A stretch of DNA of 64,000 nucleotides from Tubulanus polymorphus (GCF_964204645.1 NC_134032.1:1484416-1548415); one strand, 5' to 3'. Numbered from the stretch's first letter, positions 14,198-29,255 are shown. Made by a program: numbers and translations. The notes: generated by a model from the sequence alone, not told the origin.

Positions 14198-16049
14198 CTG
14201 AAGTTTTTGAAATGTGCGGTCAGAATGAACTATTGGTTAACACTGTATTGAATGAATGCCGACGAAGTCTTCTTTTGCTCAAGTTCATTGAAAAAAAGGA
14301 ACTGAGTTTAAGAAAAGATAAATCAGTTAAAAAAATAACTTAAACAATGCTTGTTCCATGCTTAGAAAATGATCAATCTTAAAATCATCAAACTCATGTT
14401 TGTATGGGATGGAAACATGTTGTTGAACTTTGAACGATGAGTCACTTTGCTCAGGTACAAACTCGTGTATCTCCCTTCCACTAATCACCATCCCCTGTAA
14501 GACTCCTTGAGTCCCTGGTTCATAACCCTGCCCATCAATAGATATAGATCTCCAACAGTCAATGATCTTGGTATATCGTGGCACTTTCTGATTCTAACCC
14601 GATGCCGTATTTTTGTCCTTTTTTGAATTTCCGAATATTTTTATTTCTTTGCAGAATGAAAAGTTGAGTGAATCGTTTAAACAAAGCTTATCGAAACGGA
14701 GCGGTAAGTGGCCAGTCTTGTTATCACTCACAAAATCACTATATATTTCAGCAGTTCGAATTGAAACGGTACCAGCAGGCCGAATTCTTTGCGGACCGCA
14801 CTTTGTGGAACTCGTAGTTAAAGGGTTGAGATAATGGAAAATAAGCCCGTCACTTTTATGAATGTCCGAATTTATTTGAATCGATGTAGATTAGTAGATT
14901 AGTCTACCGGTGTCACTTGGGTGTGTCCCTTACAAATCCCAGCATCGCAGCAGAGGTTTCAGTTTGGAAACGTGCGCTACATTATTTGTGGAGAATTTGT
15001 ATTTTCTAAATTGTTCAGTGATTTTATCGTTCTGCTTTTCCGTGACTTAAACAATGAATCGAATTGAATCGGGTTTGAAATCGGAAATCGGTCTCGAATT
15101 TACGTGAGTTTTGTTTTAGATCGAAATACATAATTAAAAAATTTCGGTTAAACCGCCGTTCGCGTAAAACAATCTTCCAGTCTGAACTGGTAAACGACGT
15201 TAATACATCGAGGTTTGGAAGTTAACATAATCTGCCCATATTCTAAGTGAAACCCGAGCGACAAATAGCAATACTGGAATATTGTCGCTGACTCTAATAC
15301 TGGTATACAAACCACGTAGAGATCTGTGTTTGTGTGAGTGCAAGTGTATCTCTGTCAATACAACAGATACCGACTGCACTTTCACAAGAAGACCTGCAAA
15401 CAATAAAGAACCGAGAGCTAGCTGACACGACGAGACTGACTGCGCGGACAAGTCCTTCTCGTTTGAAGTTTGTTTGTCGGTTTTATTCGAGCGTGATCCG
15501 TATTTACGGATGGAATATACGACAATCGGCCATCCATCACTCATCCAGCTTATAAATAATGATGATGTCCACCGCGGACGTCTGATGATAGATTGACCGT
15601 CATAAACAAACCGGCCGTCTGCGCGCTGCGCTGGTCATACTCAATAGAGGAAATCGTAATGATCCGACCGTTACGGCCGTTATTACCCATCATTCGTTCC
15701 GCGCACTTTCAAACATTCAAATGCCGCGTGATAATCGCGACGGTTTCATCATCGTCGTCATTGGCATCATCGAGGCGACATGAGACGTGACCTTTGCGCA
15801 ACGTGTGTACACTTCCTGTCACCGCGCGCGCGTTTCATCCTCGACAGGTTTTATTATAGTCATCGATGAAACTCGTTTCGTCATATTTCGTAATTTCACC
15901 CACAGAACGCGTGGGCGTTTAACCTTCAAACCTATCACTGATACAAATGTCATTAATCGCAGAAATATTCGGGATTCGAACCTCATAAGCCATTGATTAA
16001 ATTTTCCATATTCAAATTGGGACCCAGCGCACCAACTAGAACACATAAA

Positions 16050-16290
16050 ACATTTCTCATTTCGTAGCGATGCCGACAGAGGGAAGAAATCATTTCGGCT
16101 TTGGTTGTCCTTCTGCTTGTCTTGAGGTTGTTTGCGGCTTGGATTTCGTTGCCGCATATGTCCACTTTTTGTAGAGTTTCAGACTGCGTGTCCTGGAGCC
16201 TTCCGTGTTTGGTCTGAGGACTGTGTGCCCGGGGTGGTCTATTGTGAGTGGTCGTCCACTGCTGTCTCAGGTTTTAAACTCCTCCTCCAT
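16050..16290 (-). mobile_element. Decayed 3' fragment of a non-LTR retrotransposon ORF2 (Rex1/Babar-like)
   Basis: Reverse-strand peptides IDHPGHTVLRP...RTRSLK and SRNDFFPLSASLRN resemble the HPGH...R.RS....NSFFP.A..LLN C-terminal motif; frameshifted. Confidence 0.4.
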
Positions 16291-16356
16291 CTACAGTAGA
16301 TAAGCAGACAGTCGGTTACTGACTAAGAGTCTAAAAACTTCATACTTTACTATCCT

Positions 16357-16466
16357 GGGTCCAGTTCCACAATTCCGAATTGAAATTTGACTCTGAGTTA
16401 ACACATTGAAAATGAACTAACTTTAACTCAGAGTTAACTCTAACTCACAACTGTGGAACTGGGCCC
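16357..16466 (-). mobile_element. MITE family A copy
   Basis: GGTCCAGTTCCACA...TGTGGAACTGGGCC with CTG on both flanks (3-bp CWG-type target duplication). Confidence 0.8.
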
Positions 16467-17694
16467 TGTTGATTAGTTTGGTAAACCACTTTGCCAGTGG
16501 CTATAGTTATTTTGCCGGTTTGTCTTTCGGGCCGGGTGTGTTTAAGTGACGTCACTTTGGAGGTCCCGGTTTTCCCCATATCTACGGAATGTTAGCACAG
16601 GAAGTAACAACACAATACTATATACTTTTCTCAGGGCATTGGCCTAGCATTTTATCTATCCTTTTACATAAATGGCAGCTCTCATTGAGATCTCCAACGA
16701 TCAAATCATTGTTAAATCTCGGCGGGTATGCCACTAAAAATATCGGACGTAATCGATCAAAATCAGTTCATTTTCAATTCATTCTGATCTCCATTTCTTT
16801 TCGGTCTAACAATCCAAAAATTAGGCAAATCACGCATTGCGATAAACTCGGGTTAATCTCTAGAGTCCAGCCGTGGCACGAATCTCGTACGATAAACATA
16901 ATATTTGAAAGAAAAATACTTTTTAATTGAGTTAAAAAGTAGAAATCAAGGTCGATTGATAAAATAATAGGCTCAAATATGTCCTAGTCACAATTTGCGG
17001 TTTAACGATGATAAATTCATGATTACAGTAATTATATAAAAAGTACATATCAACGGATGCTAAATTTCACACAAGTTACAAACATTTTAGTACGAGATAT
17101 TTCAAACAGTTCGGTAAAACGGAGCAGTCTCGTAAGAAAATATTTTGATCATAGCGAATCTGGTAGATTGTGCTGGAATTTCGCTTCACGCAATAAATAC
17201 CCTGCTCGTCTGCGATGGGTTCGAGTCCTGATTTATCCCGCACTGGCGCTCACCAGTGTTCGTCATATTGTTTGTATGTTTTTTTTTGACTCGTCGATCG
17301 ATCGATAGTCTGCCGGAAAACTTGTCGGTAATTTCCGGTAGTTTGTCGAGTTACCCGGATGATGACATTTTATTTCGCCGAGAAGCAATAATCTCGCGCC
17401 GAGTGAGAGACATCTTCCCGCTTCATTCATCTCTCTACCTCACCCGGTCTCTCTCCGCCTCTCCATCGCACCTTTCCATCCTCTAACCTTCTCATTCTCT
17501 GCCTCCTCTGACTCAGAGTTCATGACGCAGTTAATTATGCGTATGGTAATGGCGGACGCTGCGTTAATCACTACTAATATAAACAGACGAACATTAAAAT
17601 ATCGTTATACATCATCAGTTCATCCGCATCTTCAGCATCTTCAGCATCTTCCCGTCGACTTCCACAGAATGTTAGACTTCATCGTTGAATTCCT

Positions 17695-18232
17695 CCCTCA
17701 CGGGTGAGGGGTCGTCTTGCCTCACGGTGAGGGGTCATCTTGCCTCACGGTGAGGGTAATCTTGCCTCACGGTGAGGGGTCATCTTGCCTCACGGTGAGG
17801 GGTTATCTTGCCTCACGGTGAGGGGTCATCTTGCCTCACGGTGAGGGGGTCATCTTATCCCACGGTGAGGGGTCATCTTGCCTCACGGTGAGGGGTCATC
17901 TTATCTCATGGTGAGGGGGGAGGGGTCATCTTATCTCACGGTGAGGGGTCATCTTGCCTCACGGTGAGGGGTCATCTTACCTCGCGGGGGAGGGGTCATC
18001 TTGCCTCGCGGGGGAGGGCCATCTTACCACACGGTGAGGGGTCGTCTTGCCTCACGGTGGAGGGCCATCTTACCTCACGGTGGAGGGCCATCTTACCTCA
18101 CGGTGAGGGGTCATCTTATCTCACGGTGAGGGGTCATCCTGCCTCACGGTGAGGGGTCATTTTGCCTCACGGTGAGGGGTCATCCTGCCTCACGGTGAGG
18201 AATCATTTTGCCTCACGGTGAGGGTCCATCTT
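17695..18232. repeat. 23-bp minisatellite CCTCACGGTGAGGGGTCATCTTG, ~23 copies
   Basis: Direct reading; the unit contains the interrupted palindrome CCTCAC-G-GTGAGG. Confidence 0.95.
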
Positions 18233-19079
18233 ATCTGTATGTACAAGTACGAAAAAAGAAAAGTTCATTCAATTTAATTGAAATGCATAAGAAATTGAAC
18301 GCGAAAGACCGAGTAACCACCAGCGACACCTGGCGGATCCTCGCCTGCCACGAGTGGAATCCTCGATTGCCGCAGCAGCGTCGGAGGTTTCCAATTACAG
18401 TCGACATTGAAGTTAAATTGAGTAGAAGAGATTAATGCGCGCGCAGACGTTTTACGCATCGGCGGAGACTCGTCAAAATTAGATTTCACATAATCTTCAT
18501 TATACATGCACGAATTAAAGCCCGCAACAACTAAATTTCAAACGAAGACGTTGTCAAATTTGATGAGCAAGACCGAATCGGGTCTGCTCCGACATTTGCT
18601 ACGACGATCTCGTGACATTTCAGTTCAATCGATTAAAATTTAGATTCAAATCTCGCTGATTATCGTAAAGTCTCGCGCCAATTATCGCCTCGTTAAACAA
18701 ATTTTGTAACGACTGATTAACTGTAATTAATCGGATTTAGTGACGCCGTTCAGACGACTGATGGAGCGGAAATAAAAGAATTGAAAATGCGAAAAAAGAC
18801 AGAGAGAAAATAACGGTTTCGTTTCGTGGGGTGATTTTCATTTTGTCAAACCCGACTTCACCGAGTAGGATATATCTGTATCATGATATTTTCAGCTGCC
18901 AAGTCGGACTTAGACAAAACCTTGACATTGTCTAACTTATATCTGGTCTCTTCGGTCCGGTACAGGGTCCGGTATCCAATCCTGATTTTTAAGTAGTTTC
19001 GCGTCACGAGAAGAAAGTGTATGTAACGGTTGATTGGCCAGTGCGCGCACAGGTACAGATAGTGTAAATAGTAACTGCT

Positions 19080-19490
19080 CTTCTCCCTCTCTCCTCTCAC
19101 TGCCCTCTCTCTCTCTCCACTCACCCTCTCTCCTCTCACCCTCTCTCCTCTCACCCTCTCTCCTCTCACCCTCTCTCCTCTCTCCCTCTCTCCTCTCACC
19201 CTCTCTCCTCTTACCCTCTCTCCTCTCTCCCTCTCTCCTCTCACTGCTCTTCCCCCTCTCTCCTCTCACTGCCCTTCCTCTCTCCTCTCACCCTCTCTCC
19301 TCTCACTCTCTCTCTTCTCACCCTCTCTCCTCTCACCCTCTCCCCTCTCACCCTCTCTCCTCTCACCCTCTCTCCTCTCACTCTCTCTCCTCTCACCCTC
19401 TCTCCTCTCACCCTCTCTCCTCTCACCCTCTCCCCTCTCACCCTCTCTCCTCTCACCCTCTCTCCTCTCACCCTCTCTCCTCTCACTGCT
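19080..19490. repeat. 15-bp pyrimidine-rich repeat CTCTCTCCTCTCACC
   Basis: Direct reading. Confidence 0.9.
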
Positions 19491-19972
19491 CTTCTTATAG
19501 CAGCTGATCTCTCTTCCCGTATCTTTACTTTCCACGGTGATTGATTAAAGTTGATATGACGATTATTATCGCTGGATGACTTGATGCTGCTGCTGTATTT
19601 ACACTGTCCTCGCTTCTCCGCGCATCCACTATCCACTCTCCGGTTTTATTTGTGTGTTATTTGCCCGCGAGCTCAGAACCCAAATCCTCTCGTCCACCGC
19701 GTATATGTCGCCACCGTGTTTGCGTTGAGCTCGGCTCGTTGCACTGTCTCCACACAGTCAGCGCCTAGTTCAGTGACGTCACATTGAGAAATGGAGGGTG
19801 AACATCGAGCACCTGCCTCGGAGGAATCAGTGTCTTTAAATCCGTATCGAATCCAAAACTACGTAATAATTGTTTCGGCACATCATTAGACGTTTTCTCA
19901 TATTATAACTAGACTTACTACTGGAAGACGGTCGTAAAACGTCATCTGTTTGTGTGTAGTTGGAAATAGTTT

Positions 19973-20093
19973 CACTCGCAACGAGAACTGATGACTTTTT
20001 CAAACTCGCAACAAGAACTGATGACTTTTTTCAAACTCGCAGCAAAAACTGATGACTTTTTCAAACTCGCAGCAAAAACTGTTGACTTTTTCA
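19973..20093. repeat. ~30-bp tandem repeat, 4 copies (AACTGATGACTTTTTCAAACTCGCA...)
   Basis: Direct reading. Confidence 0.85.
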
Positions 20094-22086
20094 CATACAT
20101 TATTTACCTACTTATATATCGAGAATAATGGACCCCAATAGGTAACGTTGTTTAATCACGCAGAATTTAATGAAGAACTATTTGAGTGCGTATTGATATC
20201 AGCGGTAAACAGCCGATAGACTGGTCACCGGCAACATGTTATGTGCTAAATAGCGACGATGAACGTCATAAACAATTATCATATGACAGTTGTGAGCAAC
20301 AGATCAGTGAGAAATGAAAAGTAAATAAAAAATACATAAGCCGCGTTCACACTACGACATTTATATGAATTCTCAGGTCCTCGGCGGCGACACTTCCCGG
20401 TGTTTGGTTCTCTCGGTCGTCGTCAGGTAGCGCCACTCTAGTTGAGACTTGCAGGTCATATTGTGTCACGTCCCTGACTGCAACGAAGTCTGGCGTTGAT
20501 TACTTATCTTTTGTTTTAGCTAATTAGCTTTATTAATCAAAGAATTACTCGCCGCGCGTCCAATTAAGCCGATAGCGGAAGGGAATATTACAGAAACTCG
20601 GTAGAAAGCCGTTTCATTGGCCTTTAATTCAAATCAGGGAAGTTTCATTACATTCCCTGTTCAAATCAACCTTAGGAGCCATCTTGTTAGATTACAACAC
20701 GGACCCATAGTATTTTATCAATGGTAACATAGAACACAAGCGGCTAGTTATAAAATAGCAAGGCACCAAACCTCACTTGATGAGAATGTGCATTCAGAAA
20801 CAAACCGTGATATGCGTTTACGATTTTGATTTATATCCTAGATTGTGTCAAAAGAATTGAATTTTCAAATGTGCAAATTCGCGAAAAGTTCAAATCACTT
20901 GACGTTAAACAATAGACATTTACATAATCGACGTCGATTCTACTTTTGATTACCGTTTTCGTCGATTCGCCGTTTGATTACCTTTTTGATCGAACTTCGC
21001 TTTTTTTTTTGTATCGGTATCCGGGAATGAGGGTAACGGCTGAGCCTCGCGCGCACGCGATCTGAACGGGGCTTACACCGGTTGTTAGATGGGCGTAGCG
21101 ATGAATTATTCATCGGTTCATGTTTCGTGACTGTTGTCAGTTAACGTAGTCATTAAGGTAATGTTTATGCGATCGCTACCAGGCCCGCTCCACTCCGCGC
21201 GCAAACCCCTCGACTGCTTAACATGTTTTTTTAAAACAATTTACGCTTCATTGCCGATGACGTACGCCCCGACGAAACCTCACCTCACCATCAGTCAATC
21301 CGCAGCCCGTTGACCCTGCGCCACTCCTGAACAAACTGCAACCTGTTGACCCTGCGTTAGATCAGTGACCCTCAAAAAGCTTGTTGTCCACGCTAGCGAT
21401 CATTGGTTTCAAAACGTCACTGCTCTCAATTGTTGCGTTCAAAAAACCCAAGAATCACCGGCAAATATCTGCATTTCAATTCCTTTAAAATGGTGTATAA
21501 ATTAAGTTAATCAAGAAAGGGACTGCAGAGCTATTTGACATTCAATCTAAACTTATGTTTGAAAAATGAGCGCAAATTATCGCAACAATGGCGAGCTCGA
21601 GGGACCGCCACAAAATGGCGCCTAGAAACCGGAAACTTCCTTATTAGTGAATGTCTGTAAAGTTAAGGTTCCATTGATATGTGTATTGAGGATGAATCTG
21701 ATCTGATGTATCAAACAGTGTAGTTGGAGACCGTACCGTGTTTATCTAAGAGCGGTTTCTATCTTGTAAAGATTGGTTAAAATCGTGTCGATTTCTATAG
21801 AAATGAGATCTCGTGTCGCGATCGCGCTGACTGTTCGGCTCAATGCGACTGGAGAGGTGATGATTAATCGGTATTGTTGAGCCTAGTAAATCCCGCAGTA
21901 CAGACAGGATTCATTATTCCGTGAACCAACTGAAAATCGTATTTTGCTGTCTCGTTTAAATCTTGGTTTGTACCACGGAGCAGTGAGAGGAGTGTGGGGG
22001 AGGGGGAGGAGAGTGGGGGAGAGAGGAGAGTGGGGGAGTGGGAAGAGAGTGGGGGAGTGAGAGGAGCTTCAAATTAGTTAGTGTAA

Positions 22087-22250
22087 AGCCCAACGCACAC
22101 GGCAAAAAATCTGTTTCGCCGCAACGGAAAACACGTTTTTCAGAAAATTTTTTTTGCTCGTGAAAAACGTTTTTTGCTCGCGAAAAACGTTTTTCAGTTC
22201 GGTGTTTTCTGTTTCGGCGAAACAAATTTTTTTGCCGTGTGCGTTGGGCT
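22087..22250 (-). mobile_element. MITE family D (TIR AGCCCAACGCACACGGCAAAAAAT)
   Basis: Clear inverted termini with TAA/TTA flanks; a second copy in the opposite orientation lies at 46284-46460. Confidence 0.85.
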
Positions 22251-22295
22251 TTAGTGTTAAACCTTGAACAAGTTCTGTATAATGTTGAATATTTT

Positions 22296-22372
22296 TTTCA
22301 GTAAAGCGCTCCGAGTCATTATGAGATTCAGCGCTGTATAAAAATAGATTTTATTATCGTTATTATCATTAT
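22296..22372 (+). mobile_element. L2-clade LINE/SINE 3' tail remnant
   Basis: GTAAAGCGCT...AGCGCTGTATAAAAAT followed by a degenerate (TTA)n tail. Confidence 0.5.
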
Positions 22373-22512
22373 TAAGTTCAAGTCAAAATGTTCGCAATAA
22401 TTCGTGAATCGAACCAGATAAAAAAGGCAAAATATGAAAAAAAAATTCCCCTTATGACATTATTTGCTCGTTTGAGGCCAGTTTCTGATCTTTAAACAGG
22501 TAATCTTATCTA

Positions 22513-22547
<35 letters not shown>

Positions 22548-24026
22548 TATATCGATTTGATTTGGAGTCTCTTGACGGCGGCTGGTCTCAACTAATCGGT
22601 CTAAAACGAATACGATTTTTCAGTAAACCTCATCGGTTAGCACCTGATCGATTTTGGACCCCCCTAGGAGGGATCCCTTTGATGTCAGTATCCACGGCAC
22701 AATCCGCGGGTCATTTGACCGCGAATAACTTTGAAGTATGCGCCGCTCGCTCGTGGCGATTCGTTCGGTTTATCGAAACATCGTTTCATCGATCGATTTC
22801 GGATGTCCGCGGTAAAACACAGACCCGCCGGCAAAACATCGTCAAATATGTCTCTCCGCTCACTGCTGTAACCACTGTGTGTGCCCATTAACTGTGCGTG
22901 TACCATGATATCCATTTACACGTCTCATCCTACCAGGCACGGATTCGAACCTGATGGTATCCAGACTCGGCCACGGCGCGAATCTCACTTTCTTTTTATC
23001 CTTAGAACCACACTCGAACGTGGTGAACGGATGATATAAAATAAAACCCACTATCTACAAATTGAATCAATTTCAAAATCGAGAATTTTTATTTATTCAA
23101 AAAATCTGAAATACATAGAATACCTTACCTTACGATAGAGATCGTCGTCACCTGACGTTTTTAAAATCATTTTAATTTCTATATAATGGGTTTGTATCTT
23201 ATTTTTTCTTTGTTGCGGATTTTTGGTTATTACATTCAAATACACCTTGTCGTCCATATAGCGCATCGTTTCATTGCGCCCGTCTTTATTTCATAATTCA
23301 CCCATACATGAACTTGAACAATAGTATCAAACAAGTGACGGGAAACTGAACCCAATTATAGAACAATTTCATAACACACATTCCGACTTATCAACCCTGA
23401 TTGACCTCTGAATCGAAATGTGTCCAAAATTCGTCTAAATTTAAACTTTCCATGCTCTTCAAACTCTAGCCGAGTAGCAGCTTATAGACCTAGTTAAACT
23501 AGACCATGAAGTTTATCAGACGAAGGTTCACGACCGATCGATGATTGGGGTGATAAAAATTTATGACGTTCAGAAATATGAAAGTTACACAACTTCAATC
23601 CACTGTTTGATATAGGATCCCGATAGTTTTGCGTACACTCTTATTCAACCTTCTCATTTAAATTCACTTCTCAATGATGATTGTGATTATCATTATGAAA
23701 CGGCATGTTTCGCGTGGACAGACGATAAACTATGAGCCGATTGGAATCGGATATTCATTTTAAATTATTGATTTCAATGTCATTGATTTTATGTCACAGC
23801 TAATGGTTTTCGACTCGAAAGTAAGAATGATTTAGGATCTAATGTTTTTTTTTTGTGCGTATGAATTTGAAACTATCATCAATAATAACAGACTTTCTGT
23901 TGTTAAAAAACTATAGCGACGGTTTTTGAATGTTTGTGTCTTGCAACCAGTCCTTGCACCATTAGCGGGGGGGGGGGGGGGGGGGGGGGTCGTGTCTCGC
24001 AGGTTTAAGCCTGGTTACTCCTCCAA

Positions 24027-24118
24027 GATTCTGTAAAAACTTATTGCATAAGAAGTATTTTTATATTGTATAAGATTCTGTAAAAACTTATTGCATAAGA
24101 AGTATTTTTATATTGTAT
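24027..24118. repeat. Tandem duplication of a ~46-bp unit
   Basis: AGATTCTGTAAAAACTTATTGCATAAGAAGTATTTTTATATTGTAT occurs twice. Confidence 0.85.
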
Positions 24119-25271
24119 TGAAGCAAGGTATATCTTACGCTTCTGGCACCCGTAGCGGACATACGCTGTGGCCTATTCTCAACAAAATATCTCAGCAGAA
24201 AAAGGGATTTTATTTTTCGATTTGGATGAGAATGTTTTTTAACTAAATACGTGTATTTGTTGTAATTGTATAAAATAGCTGCGATCGATTAGATTCTAAC
24301 GCGAGTAACGTCACGGAACATCTGCTGCATTGCTGTCACACACCGACCTCTCGGTCACCCTATCTCTTAACATCTGTACGACGTCGCATTTCTAACGACC
24401 GAATTTTCAGGGAAATCAGCGAAAATCGTTTCATCGAAAATGATCACATCGGTCATTCGTCGTTTAATTAGTTATCAAAAAAGGCCCGAGGTGCCTATAG
24501 CGATACTATATGTCCCCGGCGCCACGGTCTCGGCGCGCTTTCGCTGTAACTTCGATCGTCGTTGTGTCACGTGGTAGCAATTTGTCAAAACATTCATCTA
24601 GAAAGAAGTGACGGCAAAACGAATCGCTGAAACGCGCGTCAATGCTCGTGATCCGGATCACTAGACCATTTACACTGGTGATTCATTTCTATTAATGATG
24701 GGGCTGAACAGAAAAATCTAATGAAATCGACTTCTCTCCGCCTCGGCGATACCACCGGCTCCGCCACGGCGAGTTGACGAGTTCGCGCGAGAATTTAGAT
24801 ACGTCCAAAATCGACAGCTAAATTCATTGGCGTCGATTTATCTTGAGCTCGTTACACGTCGAGCGACTGGTCGAATAGCTACAGGACTTGTGGTTGTTTT
24901 CGCCGCCAGTGAAGCGAGCGATTTGTCAAACGATTAATCCCCTCACAGCCCCTCACAGCTCCCCTCACAACCCCCCTCAGAACCCGACAACCCGACCGAG
25001 ATATCCAAATAACAGCGAAATCGTCGCGTATGGATTATTGACAATCGGTTACCGTATCACCGTCTCCTCAGTCGATTCATCCGCCGCCGTCTTACTGATT
25101 TCCGCTCGGTGTATCAATCCGCCGCGTCGTCTTGATTTGTTAGCTGATAAATGACAACGAGGCGCTTCCGGATTTTGACAGACCGTAAAATTGATAACAG
25201 TAAATTGTTGATGGTTTTTACGCGGCATTTATTGTTGCGACGGTTTGAGGTATGAATACTCGAACCACTCG

Positions 25272-25755
25272 GCGCCTCACTCCCCCATCTCTACCCGGAT
25301 TCAGCGCCTCACTCCTACCCTCTCTACCCGGATTCAGCGCCTCACTCCTACCCTCTCCACCCGGATTCAGCGCCTCACTCCTACCCTCTCCACCCGGATT
25401 CAGCGCCTCACTCCTACCCTCTCTACCCGGATTCAGCGCCTCACTCCTACCCTATCTACCCGGATTCAGCGCCTCACTCCTACCCTCTCCACCCGGATTC
25501 AGCGCCTCACTCCTACCCTCTCCACCCGGATTCAGCGCCTCACTCCTACCCTCTCTACCCGGATTCAGCGCCTCACTCCTACCCTCTCCACCCGGATTCA
25601 GCGCCTCACTCCTACCCTCTCCACCCGGATTCAGCGCCTCACTCCTACCCTCTCCACCCGGATTCAGCGCCTCACTCCTACCCTCTCTACCCGGATTCAG
25701 CGCCTCACTCCTACCCTCTCCACCCGGATTCAGCGCCTCACTCCTACCCTCTCCA
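25272..25755. repeat. 33-bp minisatellite CCCGGATTCAGCGCCTCACTCCTACCCTCTCYA, ~14 copies
   Basis: Direct reading. Confidence 0.95.
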
Positions 25756-26805
25756 CAGATTTAAGATGTCGAAAAATATGTCAAAACCGACTGAGCGAAT
25801 ATTCTTAACGAATATTTCGATGTTTGAAATTTTTCGACATTCTGTGGATCAGCCACCACTGTTTTGATCTTAAATATACCTCGAATTATATTTGATTGAT
25901 CGATTTGATGCTCAATTTGCGTGTCCTACACAAACCGAGCCAACCTGCTGTGAACGAACTGAAGGTACCTCCTGTCGTGTCCTATACAAACCGAGCCAAC
26001 CTGCTGTGAACGAACTGAAGGTATCTTCTGTTACTGGCGATAGACAAGATGTGTGTAATATGGAGCATAAAGAGTCTCAGTTGCTGCTCGCGCGTAAAGT
26101 CTACCAATATTGATATAATTCACAATATCGCGGAAAATAGAATTATAGTAAGCCATTCGTTACGAGTAATTAATCTTTACAGGTGGGTTCTATTGTCTAT
26201 AGGGAAATGACTGGTGGGTGTCCTGGTATCCGCGTTCGAATAGCTGCTCGCGCACGCGTTAGTGCGGGCCCTTACAAGTTTTTTCATTGGTAATTTCCGT
26301 CCCATAATCGGCACCTATACGCCACTGCGCCTGCGCACCGGATATGAGGAGGGCGTCGGTGCCTTTTTCTCGAGAACGCGCTGTTGAATGCCCCGTGTCT
26401 GTTGAAGCCACCCCCGCGCACCCGGCGCCTTGGGATTCTAAAATACAAACGCGGAAGAATAATCGAGTTTCCTGAATGTAAGAAACTCGGCATCGACTAA
26501 AATGGAAACATCTTAAATGCGGCTACAGCCTGAATTTACACACAACTGACCTGAGTTCAGTTGCGCTAACTTCTTAATCTTAAGTTATTAGATTGGCTTC
26601 AGAACCAAATAATGAAAAAAAAATGAAAAAAAAAAACTATAAACTATGAAACTATAGATTGGTCTTGATTTGTTAGATCGGTAATAAAACGAAAATGAGC
26701 TCATAAGATTTGTCTTGTTAGATTGGTTTATGGAATTAGGGCACAAAAGCGTAGTTGAATAGTTGAAAATCTATTGTTTATCGCCATCGGTGAGGGCGCT
26801 GATTA

Positions 26806-27153
26806 ATACGAATACGAATACGAATATTTATTACACTCCAACCATTCCCATGGCATATGGAGGAAAAAACAGCATTTACAATTATTTACAAAAACAGTAG
26901 ATAAAAGCACTTTGAAACATAACAAACGTTATTTACAACATACTATTTACACACACTAACGGAGGGATCTATATACATCTAGACCTAATTTGATAAATTT
27001 AGCCAGTTTAAAAGTTGGATTTATTAAAACATCCCGAGATTCCGAAAGGTAATTGAATTTAGGTAGCTTTCACGGAATACGGTAAGTAATTTACGGTCAA
27101 AAATGAAATGTATTTCGTTGCCTAAAACGTTACAGGTGGGACATAACCTAACA
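26806..27153 (-). mobile_element. 3' end of a LINE (CR1/L2-group-like) with ORF2 C-terminus and (ATTCGT)n tail
   Basis: The reverse strand reads VRLCPTCNVLGNEIHFIFD...KLAKFIKLG (RxCxxC..GDExHF motif of LINE ORF2 C-termini), then a 3' UTR with AATAAA and a tandem tail. Confidence 0.75.
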
Positions 27154-27688
27154 CAAGATACTAGCGGTGCCTAGCGGATTTTTGAGGAGTCGGCCTTTCT
27201 GGTCACTGTGACTGGTTTCAGGCTTCTCGAGGTCTTGTTCCCAACTCAGTGTCGTCGTTCGCTTGCCGCGGTACGCTTCTATCGGATTTCTGTCCACGAA
27301 TAATCTCGATCGATGCCGGATCGTGGTCGATGTTTGAGGATGGAATTAATAGTCACAAATCCGGACCAGGTTTGCGACTAACTTCGTTAGGAGTGTTAAC
27401 GGGTGTTACGCAGACTAACGGCCAATAATCGAATCGTGTGAAATTGCGGCGCGAAATAACCGGATTTTCTATGATTACATATTACATGCTGTTGCGACAC
27501 AGAACGTTCAGTGTATCGTCTGCTGAGCAGCGTTTGAATACAAATTCGAATATTTCCGCGCGCGCGTAATTATTTTTATTCGATCGTGTTTATCATTATT
27601 AAACGCTCGTCGTGTCGCAGGTCTAACTGTGAACTTAGTCGTCCTTGCGAGCTGTGAAACAGGAGGTGTGAGATACAGTTGTGAGATC

Positions 27689-27734
<46 letters not shown>

Positions 27735-28024
27735 GCTGTGGGTGAGAGAATTGCATAAAGGCTGAAATTGCATTGCTCCATGTAGTGATTTCACAGAAAT
27801 AAGACATGCTAAAAATGCGAACAAAATTATTATCATTATAATTATCAATTATTTTTTGAAACATAAACAACAAAATAAACTATAAATATCAGTATTTACA
27901 TCAAGGCTATAGATGGCGCTGCGACGTATGAACCACTACTGTAACCTGCAAAGTGATAGAAAGAGGGTTAGACAGGGATACTTTAACAGATTAGTTATGA
28001 ATTCAGAATTTGCCATGTCCTAAT

Positions 28025-28348
28025 GACGTGTTTCAGCTCGACGTGTTTCAGCTCGACGTGTTTCAGCTCGATGTGTTTCAGCTCGACGTGTTTCAGCTCG
28101 ACGTGTTTCAGCTCGATGTGTTTCAGCTCGACGTGTTTCAGCTCGATGTGTTTCAGCTCGATGTGTTTCAGCTCGATGTGTTTCAGCCCAACGTGTTTCA
28201 GCTCGACATGTTTCAGCTCGACGTGTTTCAGCTCGACGTGTTTCAGCTCGATGTGTTTCAGCTCGACGTGTTTCAGCTCGATGTGTTTCAGCTCGATGTG
28301 TTTCAGCTCGACGTGTTTCAGCTCGACGTGTTTCAGCTCGACGTGTTC
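28025..28348. repeat. 15-bp minisatellite GAYGTGTTTCAGCTC, ~21 copies
   Basis: Direct reading. Confidence 0.95.
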
Positions 28349-28700
28349 CGCTTCCCCGAGAAACACAGATCAGTATTCTCAGATTGTGACCTGTCCCGCA
28401 TTGTAAAGTGCACGTGTGTTGAATGTTGTCTCAAGGGAACATTTTTCTCGATTTAGAAATTCAACGTTGCAATATAAAGTTCGAAATGAATTTGTCCGCC
28501 TCTGTAGAGCTGGGCTTCCATCCCCCTTTGGGGCTAAATTTCGTAGAATTATAGAATAGAAAAGAAAGGTTGAAATATAATGTTTAATGTCAATTGATAT
28601 CCGACTTTACCGGATATAGAACTAATCACTTGAAAAGGGAAACGATTTCCCGTAAGAAATTGAAATCGCAGACAGCCGACTGTAGACTGTCCTCTGATCC

Positions 28701-29112
<412 letters not shown>

Positions 29113-29255
29113 CTGTGTCCCTCAGTAGAATGTCAAAAAACCTTTAACCTTTGTATACAGCGTCTTCGTACACAGTTCTCATCAGCCATTTTTCATTGCT
29201 TTTGGTAACGTTTAATGTAGTCGAATTAACAGGAGAACTCGTCGTCGACAGTCCT

